A stretch of DNA of 64,000 nucleotides from contig LCCV01000002.1 of assembly GCA_000998135.1 (NCBI GenBank), forward strand, positions 29,421 through 93,420, in the 5' to 3' direction. The stretch is from Parcubacteria group bacterium GW2011_GWA2_42_14 (GTDB lineage: Bacteria > Patescibacteriota > Minisyncoccia > Sungbacterales > GWA2-42-14). Below are positions 28,379 to 38,300 of the stretch, in pieces (positions within the stretch are counted from its first letter, which is position 1; every line of letters begins with the position of its first letter). The translations under genes were made by a program, and so were the position numbers. Under the pieces are notes generated by a model that saw only the letters and a list, made by a program, of their open reading frames with translations, was not told where the DNA came from and made no database searches.

Positions 28379-30844
28379 TTAAACGCTAATAAATTTAATT
28401 AATTCATCTATCATCCTTTTCTTAGTAAATTGTTTGGCGGTTTTTATGCCGTTTTCGCTTAATTTTGAATAAAGTCCGGAATCGGTCAACAATATTTCAA
28501 TTGCCCCTTTTATATCATTTTTACCGTTATACGCAACAAGCAAGCCGTTTTCCTTGTCCTGAATAATTTCCGCGTTGCCGCCGCAAGCCGTAGTAATAAC
28601 GGGAATTCCCGCGCCTAACGCTTCCACCAGCTGATGGGAAAAACCCTCATAAGCGGTATTTAAAATGAAAATATCGGATGCCCTTAAATATTTAAAAATT
28701 TCTTCGTGATTGATTTTTCCGAGCAAAGCAATGTGGTTTCCCAATCCCGAACCGCCGATTTTTAATTCCAAATTCCCGCGTTCGGGGCCGTCTCCTATAA
28801 TAATCAACTTCAATTGCGGCCGGTTTTTTATCAATCCGGAAAAAATATCAATTACCGCTCCAAACCCTTTCCATTTTACTATTCTACCTATAGAAATAAT
28901 TATTTTCTCTTCGGGCAAAATTTTCAATTCTCTCCTTAAAACATCCTTATTTTTATTAATCGCGTTCGCGCCAACGGAATTATATATGACCGTAATTTTG
29001 CTGTATCGGGCTCCCCAGCCGACCGCCAGATTTTTTAAATAATGGGACGGTACGATTATTTTATCGGAATGCCTCGCGATAAATGCCTGCAAGGCCCGTA
29101 AAAATTCAACGGCAATGCCGTATTTTTGCGCCTGAAACAAATCAATAGCGTCATCAACGCCGAATCTGGCCATTCCCTGTTCCCATGCATAATCCCCGGT
29201 AATTTTCAAAAAAAAATTTTTTCTTAAAAAAATGCTCGCGGCATAAGCCGGGAAACCGGCAGAAATAACGTCTTGAGCATAAAAAATATCAGTATTAAAA
29301 CCATTTTTTAAGCATTGGCAAAAATAAATAAAATGTCTCAACCCCTTAGGAATTCTTCTTGATACGGTAATAAGTTTATAGCCCGCCGTGTTTGGAATTT
29401 GCTTGCCCTCCGTAGCTTTTCCGGCCTTCGTAGCCGAGGATACTTCGGCGGAGTAGGCAGCGAAGGAGGGGGATTTCAAATCATCCGCATAAGTAATAAC
29501 CTTAATTATAAAATTGCGCTTGGCTAATTCCTCGGCGATTGTCTTTGTGTAGGTAGCCGGTCCTCCGATATCAGAAGGAAAAATTCCGGTAGCAAGCAAA
29601 ATGAGCGGCTTGGAAAATCTGTCAATCTGGGTTAAAAATAATTTTGAGAAATTTTGAGAAATTTTTTCCCAATCATATTTTTCAATTACAAGTTTTTTAG
29701 CCGCCGAAATTACTTCATTTTTATTTATTTCTCCTTTTATGACTGAAAGAATTTTTTGTGAAAGGTCGTCGGGGTCATCCACTTTCGCAAAAAAACCGGT
29801 TTTTTGGTCTTTAAGAAAATCAGGAATTCCTCCGACCGGCGTCGCGATTACCGGAATTTCCGCGGCCATGGCTTCTATGAAAGAATTTCCAAACCCCTCG
29901 GAGCGCGCCGGCCTGACAAACACATCGGCTAATTTAAGATATTTTAATAAATTTTTATGGGAAAATTCTCCGGCAAATATAATATCATCCAAAACTCCCA
30001 GAGAACGCGCCAAATCCTTTAAATTATGGGCTTCCGGCCCTACCCCCAAAATCAAAAATTTAACAGGCAATTTTTTCTCTTTTTTTCTGATTATAGCCAA
30101 GGCCCTGATAACCGTATCCAGGCCGTTTTTGGACACAAGGCGGGAAGTGGTAATAATTATTTTTTCATTGCCCTTAAGGGCAAGATGGCCCCTAACCTCT
30201 TCAATTTCTTCCGCGTTTATTTCTTTCATAAAATTGGATAAATCTACGCCGTTCGGCAACACCTTACCCATCCCTTGATAATTAAAACGATGCGCGACAT
30301 CCAAAAGATACGCGGAAATAGCCGTTACAAAATCGCACATTTTAAAAGCGTAACGAAACCCGAGAATGTTTACGAGATAAAATCTGGATTTTCTCAAATG
30401 CTCTTCGGTATCCCCTTCCTGCAATGTAAGGATATAAGGAACTTTCGGAAAAAATAATTTAAGGGTGCTTGCGGCAATGGAACCGTAAGAAGCCATGACT
30501 ACCCAAAGCACGCGGGGACGGGAGCGGAAATGAGCAAGGAGGAAACAGGAATAAAAAAAACAGGTTATTGGCAGTAAAAATTTATCCCACGGCTTGCCGA
30601 AGCCCAGCCGGATAATTCTGGCTCCTTCTTTAAATTCACGGCGGGGCAGTTCTTTCCTAAAGCGGGCAGTAAGAATAAAAAAATCAAACTCACCCTGCAT
30701 ACGCTTAACATTTTCAAGTATGGCAATTTCAGCCCCTCCGATAAACGGGTCATAGGCCGTGGTAAATACCAAAACAATGGGTTTTTTATTGTTATTTTCA
30801 GCAGTCAATAACACGATTTTAACACAATTTTCATAATTTTCCAA
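28379..30844 (-). CDS. Tandem double GT4 glycosyltransferase (821 aa) with an in-frame repeat insert.
   Basis: Two Glycos_transf_1-like C-terminal halves (...ADVFVRPARSEGFGNSFIEAMAAEIPVIAT... and ...SDIFILNTAYEGFSHQLVEALGAGIPVIT...). Residues SAEVSSATKAGKATEGK are encoded by palindrome 29395-29465. Confidence 0.7.
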   Translation of the reverse strand: MENYENCVKIVLLTAENNNKKPIVLVFTTAYDPFIGGAEIAILENVKRMQGEFDFFILTARFRKELPRREFKEGARIIRLGFGKPWDKFLLPITCFFYSCFLLAHFRSRPRVLWVVMASYGSIAASTLKLFFPKVPYILTLQEGDTEEHLRKSRFYLVNILGFRYAFKMCDFVTAISAYLLDVAHRFNYQGMGKVLPNGVDLSNFMKEINAEEIEEVRGHLALKGNEKIIITTSRLVSKNGLDTVIRALAIIRKKEKKLPVKFLILGVGPEAHNLKDLARSLGVLDDIIFAGEFSHKNLLKYLKLADVFVRPARSEGFGNSFIEAMAAEIPVIATPVGGIPDFLKDQKTGFFAKVDDPDDLSQKILSVIKGEINKNEVISAAKKLVIEKYDWEKISQNFSKLFLTQIDRFSKPLILLATGIFPSDIGGPATYTKTIAEELAKRNFIIKVITYADDLKSPSFAAYSAEVSSATKAGKATEGKQIPNTAGYKLITVSRRIPKGLRHFIYFCQCLKNGFNTDIFYAQDVISAGFPAYAASIFLRKNFFLKITGDYAWEQGMARFGVDDAIDLFQAQKYGIAVEFLRALQAFIARHSDKIIVPSHYLKNLAVGWGARYSKITVIYNSVGANAINKNKDVLRRELKILPEEKIIISIGRIVKWKGFGAVIDIFSGLIKNRPQLKLIIIGDGPERGNLELKIGGSGLGNHIALLGKINHEEIFKYLRASDIFILNTAYEGFSHQLVEALGAGIPVITTACGGNAEIIQDKENGLLVAYNGKNDIKGAIEILLTDSGLYSKLSENGIKTAKQFTKKRMIDELIKFISV

Positions 30845-30901
30845 TAAAATACCGCAACGCTTAAAAAAATCGCCTAATTAATAAGCGATTAATTTATACA
30901 A

Positions 30902-32029
30902 TTATCTCTTTTTCGCAAGGGATGCGGTAGAATATCCTTCTATGCCGGTTACTTCCCGAAGCGGATAAAAAAACGGAGGAATTTCAACCGGTTCATTTTT
31001 ATCAATCAATTCTATTTCAAGAATAGCCAACCCCTTAAGACGTTCCGGTTTTTCAAAAATATCCAGTTCAAAATATTGATTTTTCCACAAAAAATAATGC
31101 CGTCTTTTATGAATGACATTACGCGTTTCATCGCGTTCATTTTCAAAAAAATCATTGTATTCTTTGCCATTGATCCGCGATTCATCCTCTATTGCCGCGC
31201 CGGCTTCCAAACCGCTTTTTTGAGTATGGTAATACAAACTAAAACCGCCACACACACGTTTTCTTATTCTTGACATGGGTTTACCGACCTCATGTTTAAG
31301 GTAAACCTGCTCCATAAAAACCTTAACCACTTTGACATTATACGGAGCTTCAACCACCACCATGTCGGAATAACCTAAATATCCCAGTAAAAATCTGCGC
31401 TCAATCTCAAGGGACCGCGGGATTCCCGCAAAGTGCCGTATCGCTTTTAATGTATTGAGAATTTTTTCTTCAAAATCAGCGCGGCTTTCTATCACCCGTA
31501 AATGCGGACAACCAATCCATGTTTCCCGGGTTCTCCCATCAAGAGAGGCGGCTTTTTCCGGTGATTCTGTTCTTGCGGTATTATTGGCCGTAGTATAAGA
31601 ATTTTCAGCGCCGATAGCGGCGGTAACCAAATGTATTACGCCGTCATTGATATCGCGCAATTCTGATACACTAATTCCCAATTTGCGTATCATGGCTTCA
31701 AGTTGCCCGGGAGGAAGGTAAGCAGAACCGCTCATAGTGCTACGGTCTTTAAGCAAAATAACAATTTTTTTGTTTTTATACCGCTCTGCTATTCTTCTAT
31801 ACCACCTTTCTTTCTCAATTTGCATAAACAGGATATGCATTTGAAATTCTTCATTAGAAAGTCCGTACTTACCGCCAGGAGAAACTCCGGCATTAAAAAC
31901 TTCAGTAGCGGTTTCCGGCACAATAATAATGCCCACATCTTCACTCTCAAGCTCCCTGGCGCGCTTTAAAACAGAGGATTTTCCGGCACCCGGACCGCCG
32001 TCAACAACAATTTCAACAATTCTGTTCAT
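30902..32029 (-). CDS. P-loop kinase/ATPase (AAA_28/NadR-kinase-like) fused to a CYTH (CyaB/ThTPase) triphosphate-tunnel domain.
   Basis: Walker A VVDGGPGAGKSSV at the N-terminus. The C-terminal domain opens with the CYTH hallmark EIERRFLL (ExExK-type) and downstream acidic and Arg/Lys residues. Confidence 0.6.
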   Translation of the reverse strand: MNRIVEIVVDGGPGAGKSSVLKRARELESEDVGIIIVPETATEVFNAGVSPGGKYGLSNEEFQMHILFMQIEKERWYRRIAERYKNKKIVILLKDRSTMSGSAYLPPGQLEAMIRKLGISVSELRDINDGVIHLVTAAIGAENSYTTANNTARTESPEKAASLDGRTRETWIGCPHLRVIESRADFEEKILNTLKAIRHFAGIPRSLEIERRFLLGYLGYSDMVVVEAPYNVKVVKVFMEQVYLKHEVGKPMSRIRKRVCGGFSLYYHTQKSGLEAGAAIEDESRINGKEYNDFFENERDETRNVIHKRRHYFLWKNQYFELDIFEKPERLKGLAILEIELIDKNEPVEIPPFFYPLREVTGIEGYSTASLAKKR

Positions 32030-32101
32030 CCCTATCCTTTATTTTTACAAAGAACGATAATCTATAAGTATCAGAAAAAATACAAAAGTAAAACCCTCGC
32101 A

Positions 32102-32758
32102 CTATCGAAGGTTTCGGCCATGGCCAAATTCATTATTAATCGGAATGCCGCTTTCACAAAACGGGCACTCACTTTTGTCAAAATCTTCAAAACGTTTTTC
32201 AAACAGGGAAAAAAGCGGAATTCCTCCAAGATCGCCCGAAGTAACTCCACCGCGATTCCATAAGCACCCCAAACCAACAACATTCGCTCCGTAACGGTTT
32301 GCGAGCTCCGTTAATTCGTAAAATGTGCTTCCGGAAGTTAAAATATCATCAATCAAAAACACTTTCTTTCCGGAAATATGCTTTATAAAGGCCCGCGGCA
32401 AAACAAATTTTCTTAAACCGTTATCGCCGTACTGTTTCTTCGCCCACAAAGAAATCCGTTTTCCCCCGAATCGGTCCAAATGTTCTTTTAAAAATCGGGA
32501 CAATATTATGCCGCCTCCTTCCGGGCCTAAAACAACCTCAATTTCACAACCAAGCGATAAATCATATATGTCCTCAGCCATAAACCGGCACATTTGGGAA
32601 ACGGCTTTTAAAACGGTATAAATCGCGTGATGGTCAATATAAACACTGCCGTGCCTTCCAGAAACGTAAACAAAATGGCTATTTTCAATAATCGCTCCGG
32701 CTTCCTTAAAAGAACGCCAAACAAACATCCTCGTCAATTCCTTTTTGCGCGCGCTCAT
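32102..32758 (-). CDS. Type I phosphoribosyltransferase (PyrE/Hpt-like).
   Basis: PRPP-binding motif KKVFLIDDILTSGST. Confidence 0.7.
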   Translation of the reverse strand: MSARKKELTRMFVWRSFKEAGAIIENSHFVYVSGRHGSVYIDHHAIYTVLKAVSQMCRFMAEDIYDLSLGCEIEVVLGPEGGGIILSRFLKEHLDRFGGKRISLWAKKQYGDNGLRKFVLPRAFIKHISGKKVFLIDDILTSGSTFYELTELANRYGANVVGLGCLWNRGGVTSGDLGGIPLFSLFEKRFEDFDKSECPFCESGIPINNEFGHGRNLR

Positions 32759-33072
32759 TTTTCCTCCCTCTTTCTTTTTTTAAAATAAAATCGCCAGCCG
32801 GTTTTTTTATAGATGATAATACGGCTGTTCCTAATCAATTTTCTGAAAAATTTTATCTTCCTAAACAGGCGCAAATGAAACGCGACAATTGTCCTCATCC
32901 ACGGCACATCACCGAGGATTATAATTAACCCGGGAAGCCAAAAAATGAACCCTCCGGGACCCGGAAGCAATCCTACTAAAATACCGATTATGAGCAAAAA
33001 AACGCCGGAAATAATCCTTATCATCCGCAATTGCCAAAGCCGTTTCAGCACATTTATCGCCTTTATTTTCAA
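32755..33072 (-). CDS. Small hypothetical membrane protein.
   Basis: Two hydrophobic helices (ISGVFLLIIGILVGLLPGPGGFIFWLPGLIIILG). Its 3' end overlaps the PRTase start by 4 nt. Confidence 0.3.
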   Translation of the reverse strand: MKIKAINVLKRLWQLRMIRIISGVFLLIIGILVGLLPGPGGFIFWLPGLIIILGDVPWMRTIVAFHLRLFRKIKFFRKLIRNSRIIIYKKTGWRFYFKKRKREEK

Positions 33073-33157
33073 AGAACCTACAAAATCTTACTTAAATTCG
33101 TTGCATAAATTTTGGAAAAAATCAATAAAAAAGAATCTTTATTCTTCATCAAAAACC

Positions 33158-33427
33158 TTATTCCAATGTTCTTAAGAACTTGAGAATAATCCTGCCTGTC
33201 GGGCTTAAGGCATGGCGCACGGCCGCTCCCTGATTTCTTTTTAAAACCAAACCGACTAAAGCAAGACGCCTGATATGCTCGGAAGCGGTTTTGAAATTTA
33301 TACCAAGTTCATCGGCAATCTCCATAACCGAAAGTTCCGGCATTTTATCCAAAAGAGCCATTATCTCTATCCGCCTATGATTAGAAAAACCCCTTACTAT
33401 TTTTTCCAAATATCTTGGTTTTTGCAT
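33158..33427 (-). CDS. ArsR/SmtB-like winged-HTH regulator (paralog of 6140..6424).
   Basis: FSNHRRIEIMALL...VMEIADELGINFKTASEHIRRLALVGLV aligns with the 6140 paralog. The ORF-track start (TTG at 33508) is probably too far upstream. The Met at about 33427 gives an 89-aa ArsR-size protein. Confidence 0.55.
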   Translation of the reverse strand: MQKPRYLEKIVRGFSNHRRIEIMALLDKMPELSVMEIADELGINFKTASEHIRRLALVGLVLKRNQGAAVRHALSPTGRIILKFLRTLE

Positions 33428-33512
33428 AAAATTAAACTGATTAAAATTTCTATAATTAACTCTGTGCTCATACACCATGACCAATATTATATTACTATTT
33501 TTATTCAACCCC

Positions 33513-33544
33513 GCCTTATTCTAATGTTCTTGAGAACATTAGAA
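33513..33544. promoter_or_regulatory. Perfect 14-4-14 palindrome TTATTCTAATGTTC-ttga-GAACATTAGAATAA upstream of the ArsR-like gene. Candidate autoregulatory operator.
   Basis: Read directly. The arms are exact reverse complements. A degenerate copy (cttattccaatgttcttaagaacttgagaataa) lies at the 3' flank of the same gene (33148-33182). Confidence 0.5.
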
Positions 33545-33567
33545 TAACACAAAGGGATTAAAAAAAA

Positions 33568-35289
33568 TTAAAGACGGCCCAGTGAACGCAGGATAAAAAA
33601 TCCGACCGCGCCAAGAATGCCGACTAAAATGCTTGCCCCCAAAAGAAGTTTTGAATTTATTAAAAATCGACTTTGGCTGTTTAAAACAATCGGAGCGGCG
33701 GTTTGAGAATCCGGCAACTGTTCTGACACCACAATTGAAACATCCGGCATTTTTTCTTCTTTAGCCGTATCTTTAGCTGTGATGTTTCCGATTAGCAAAG
33801 AACTGTCTTTTAATTCTGACGATTCCGGTTTAACCTCTTTTGTTTTGATAACAACTTCCGTTTTAACGCTTAATTCTTTACGGCCCGAATCATCCGCTAA
33901 ACTTTGCTGAACAATTTTTGTATTTAAATTTCCCGGCGAAGGGGCGGATATTTTTATAAATTCGCTGCCTTCTCGCGCAAAACTTTCTTCAACATCCAAT
34001 ACACCTTCAAAATGCGCCGAATCAACAACTCTGCCGTTTGAAGTAACCAGCGTTAAATCGGCGGTTTTGTAGAAAATTTGCATTATGGCATTGGGAAAAA
34101 CAAGCAAGGCGTTTTTGTCCAAAATAGTTGATTGGGGTACGGAAAAAACGCCTCCTGACGCGTCTTTTATAATTAGTCCCCCGATATCAAGTTTCTGGCC
34201 GGTTTCATTTTGAAGTTCAATAAAACCGTCCTGCCCCGGCTTGGCTTCGGAAATTATAATTTTAGGAGTTAAAACTTCAACGTTAAGATAATCAGCGTGA
34301 GATTCTTCGGCAATACTGGCATTAAGGTTCACAATATATTTTCCGGGAAATAAAAAAGTGTGAGATGTAACGCGAATGCCGCTTGTTGAACCATCGCCAA
34401 AATTCCATAAAAATCTGGCATTATCAATTTGTTTGCCTTTTAGATCGGCTACTTTTCCTGAAAACACGGTTTCCTGCCCCGCAAGAACCGTTTTGTCCTC
34501 TCCGGCATAAACTTTAAATGTCTCGGGCATGGCAGATGATGATTGCGAAGGCAGATTTGAAAGCTCGTTTGTTTCCGAAGTTGTATGACCCTCCTGATTT
34601 GGCGGCGGAGGCGACGGTGGAACGTTATTAGAACCGGAAACATAAACACTGTTTTCCGACTTGGGAGTGCCGTTGATTGAATTTCCCGCCGCGTTTTTGC
34701 CGTTTATTTTTTGACCGTTATTTGTTGCCCAATTTGAAGCAATAGAACCATCAGCCAAAGGACTGATTCTTTCCATGGATGTTTCAGGACTAACTAAACC
34801 AGCACACCATTTGTTATCGCAAAGCTCCGGCGAGCTATCAACCACACTGCTATTATCAGCCAATCTTAAAATCATACCCGAATCAACCAGACCGGTTCCA
34901 AAAGCGGTAAAAATATCTGCGGCCACATCCGAAATGGTAGTGTCATCGGTTCGTTCAATAAGATAATAGCCGCCGGAAAAAATTGTGCCGGAAAGAGAAA
35001 TAATTTTTGAAGGAGAGGTTGTGGCCGGTTTGAAAAAAGACAAAGTCCAGCCGGTTAAATCAACTGCCGATGCTGAAGCATTATAAAGCTCAACCCACTC
35101 GTCAGAAGCGCTGACCACGGTACCCATCCAGCCAATTTCATTAATCACAACACCGGCAGCATGAGCCGTAAAAGAAATAGAAAAGAAAATGATTAAAATA
35201 AGAATAAAGCTTTTTCGCATACAATATCTGTTGCAAATCACAAAAAATCTGTCAATCTCAATCAATAGATACCTTATAAGTTTCAACAT
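33568..35289 (-). CDS. Secreted/surface protein with two lamin-tail domains (LTD) and a C-terminal TM anchor.
   Basis: Signal/TM at the N-terminus. LTD signatures VINEIGWMG...DEWVELYN...DLTGWTLS, and a second copy IIISEAKPG...FIELQN...GGLIIKD. C-terminal LLLGASILVGILGAVGFFIL. Confidence 0.65.
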   Translation of the reverse strand: MLKLIRYLLIEIDRFFVICNRYCMRKSFILILIIFFSISFTAHAAGVVINEIGWMGTVVSASDEWVELYNASASAVDLTGWTLSFFKPATTSPSKIISLSGTIFSGGYYLIERTDDTTISDVAADIFTAFGTGLVDSGMILRLADNSSVVDSSPELCDNKWCAGLVSPETSMERISPLADGSIASNWATNNGQKINGKNAAGNSINGTPKSENSVYVSGSNNVPPSPPPPNQEGHTTSETNELSNLPSQSSSAMPETFKVYAGEDKTVLAGQETVFSGKVADLKGKQIDNARFLWNFGDGSTSGIRVTSHTFLFPGKYIVNLNASIAEESHADYLNVEVLTPKIIISEAKPGQDGFIELQNETGQKLDIGGLIIKDASGGVFSVPQSTILDKNALLVFPNAIMQIFYKTADLTLVTSNGRVVDSAHFEGVLDVEESFAREGSEFIKISAPSPGNLNTKIVQQSLADDSGRKELSVKTEVVIKTKEVKPESSELKDSSLLIGNITAKDTAKEEKMPDVSIVVSEQLPDSQTAAPIVLNSQSRFLINSKLLLGASILVGILGAVGFFILRSLGRL

Positions 35290-35301
35290 TATAAAAATAT
35301 A

Positions 35302-35327
35302 AATTAATTAACGATCGTTAATTAATT
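35302..35327. promoter_or_regulatory. 26-bp palindromic operator-like motif AATTAATTAACGATCGTTAATTAATT, 13-38 bp upstream of the LTD-protein start.
   Basis: Perfect palindrome. Near-identical copies are at 57699-57724 and 58424-58449, each upstream of a minus-strand gene. Confidence 0.5.
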
Positions 35328-35351
35328 TTTCACTTTAAATATGGCCATATA

Positions 35352-38300
35352 CTACGGCAATAAATCCGGCGGAATGGTTTTTATGACATTGGAATCATCA
35401 TAAAAGTCAATGCCGCCGTTGTTTATGAGGTGATGCGAACTATCCACAGCCATGCCGACGCCGTTGTCGCGAAAAATCAAATTGCTTATAGTAGTGGTTG
35501 CGCTGCCGGAAATAACCAAAGCGTAATATTGCTTGCCGGGCAATAAATTGTCCCGAAAAATCGTATCCGTAACGGTGCTTGAGGCATTACTCGCGAGCCA
35601 AACGCCCTTAAACTTATTTTTTTCAATCACGGAATTTTTAATGGTAAGCGGCTCATTGCCGCCGGCCTTGATTCCGGCAAGATTATACCGCTCTTCTTCT
35701 CCTCCGGCGTATCTTATAACGGCGCCGTCAAAAACCGCTTCTCCAGAACCCCAAAAATCAATGCCCCGCCAATGCCCCAAAATCGGCTGGCTGGAAGTGG
35801 CGTCATTATTGGTATCCCCGCCGTATTCATCATCATAAAATGATGTAAAAACAACCGGCTCCTCGAGGGTGCCATTAGCCGAAAAAGCTCCGGCAATGGT
35901 CAAACCGGTATTAGGCATAAATTTAAACACCGCGCCCTTTTCCGCGGAAATATTTCCCGCAAACGTGTAATTTCCCCAATCAATAATATAAGGCAAGTCC
36001 TTGGCAAAAACATGATCATTGCCCGCGTTATTCCTGATAATAATTCCTTTAACGCCGGGGCTGTCGGAAATAACAGTGTTTCCTCCGAATAACGGCGGAG
36101 AACTTTCCGCAATGATAACATTTCCATTTTTATCAAAAGTGTTGTTGCGAACTTCTCCGCCATGTATGTCGGAGGAAAAAATTCCTCCGCCATTTTCCAA
36201 AAATGTATTATTTAAAACTTTTGGAGCAGAACCGGCTATTATCAATGCCTCAAGAGCGTTTTTATAAAATACGCTATTTTCTATGTTCGCATTGCAGTTT
36301 ATACAAGACAAACCCCTAAGCAAAGAGTGCTCAAGGCGTGAATTTTTAAACGAAAGAGCCGCGCTTGTGATATAAATCATGGCCCTTCTTTTAAACGGCA
36401 AATTATTATCCATATTTCCACCGTATCTGAAAAACGTGTTTAAAAATTCCGAACCGGAGCTTTCCAAATTAAAAGTGAATTGCCTCCAATTGCCTGCTTG
36501 AGGGCATATCGCGGTTGAAGAAGCGTTTAACGGGTCGCAAACGCCATCTTTATTGGTATCTCCGCCGTATTCATCATCATAAATGCCGGTAAAAACAATT
36601 GGCTCTTCGGGCGCGCCTCGCGAAAAGATTTTTCCGTAAACATTAATAATTGCCCAATAATCATTAGGCGGCATAATCTTTATAACCACGCCCGGCTCAA
36701 TATTAAGAACAGCGCCGTCTCTTATAGTTAAACCCGCTCTTCGGATAAGGTAAGGAGAATTTTCTTTGGTCAGAATTCTATCACCAGTCAAATTTCCGTC
36801 AACGGCAATCAAATAATTAACGCTGTTTCTGGCTTTGGGAGTACCATAAACCGGCCCGTCCTCGGCGTTTTTGTTAATATTGACTATTTCCTCTTCAAAA
36901 TAAGTCCCCCAGTTTGCCTGCGTTTCACCCGGAGCGTCCGGGTCAATTCTTTCCATAGAAAATCTTGCTAACAAAATACCTGCGCACCAGCCGGTAGGGC
37001 GCGAGCGATCCCATGGACAAAGTTCCGGGGTTCTATCAATGGTTCGGCTTGGCTCACCACTGGCGGTCGTAGAACCTTTTTCCAGTTTTAAAATCATTCC
37101 GTTGTCATCAAGCCCCGCGCCGAACGAAGCGATAAAATCGGCCTTAATAATTGATACGGCGTTATCATCATCACGCTCAATCAAATAATAACTTTTGGGC
37201 GCGATTTTACCGGAAAGATTGATTATTATTTTTGGCTCGGGCTCGCCGGGCTTAAAAAATTTCAACTGCCAACCGGTTAAATCAATTTCGGCTTCAGAAC
37301 GGCTCTTTAACTCAATCCATTCATCTTCACTGGTGGTTGCCGAATTGCCGGTTCCCGCCCAGGCGATTTCGTTTATAATGACCGGCATTTGATTTATTTC
37401 TAAGATTTTTACAATTTCAGCCGATTCATTTCCGGTTTTATCTTTGGCTTTAGCGCGAAATTCATAAAAAGTGTTTGGGGAAGCAGTAAAAATAAATGAT
37501 GTCGCAAACGGCGCGGTTGACGACGCCGTTGAGGTCGAACCTCCCATGGGAGGTTCGACCTCTATAAATTTCAGAAAATCGTCGCAATCTTGCCACGGCT
37601 GGCTTGTTTTTTGACGATAAGCGCAATTTAGGAAAAAGGACGCAATATCTTCGCTATTGGACTCCAAAAAAATCGTAAGAGTGGTTGTAGCAATAACGCA
37701 ATCAGTTTGAGAAAAACTGTCAGAACATTCCTGAATGTTCAAAGAAATGTCCGGCGGAGTAGTATCGGTCGTTGTAGTAGCAACACCGAGTGCTGCTGAC
37801 GCTTCAGCATCACTCGGTGTTGAAGCTTGAACCGGCGCAACATATTCCCCGCCCGCGCCAGCTATAAAATCACCCAAAGCATAAGGAGGAGGCGGAGGCG
37901 GAGTTGAAGTAGCAACACCGAGTGTTGGCATTGGTAGAAAAACACTCGGTGTTGAAGTGGCTGCAGGAGCCAAATCTAAAGTTTCAGAATCTATGGAGGT
38001 TGAACCTCCATAGATTTGAGGAACGGGCTCAATATCGGAGGTTTCCGAAATGGTTCGACTCGACTCACCATAAAAAGAGCCGAAATTCGCGATTTCGTCA
38101 TCAGCAACACCGAGTGCTGCCGACGCATCGGCATCACTCGGTGTTGACAACTCCGTTGTCGACTCCGTACTCGTAATAATCGCCGCTGTGTAAGAAGTGT
38201 TACTGTCTGAGCTTGCTTGCCCGTCCAAGTTTTCCGCAGAAAAGTTGGTCAGGGTCGAGAACAAACTACTTGTCCAATTCCACGCTTTCTGCCACCACGA

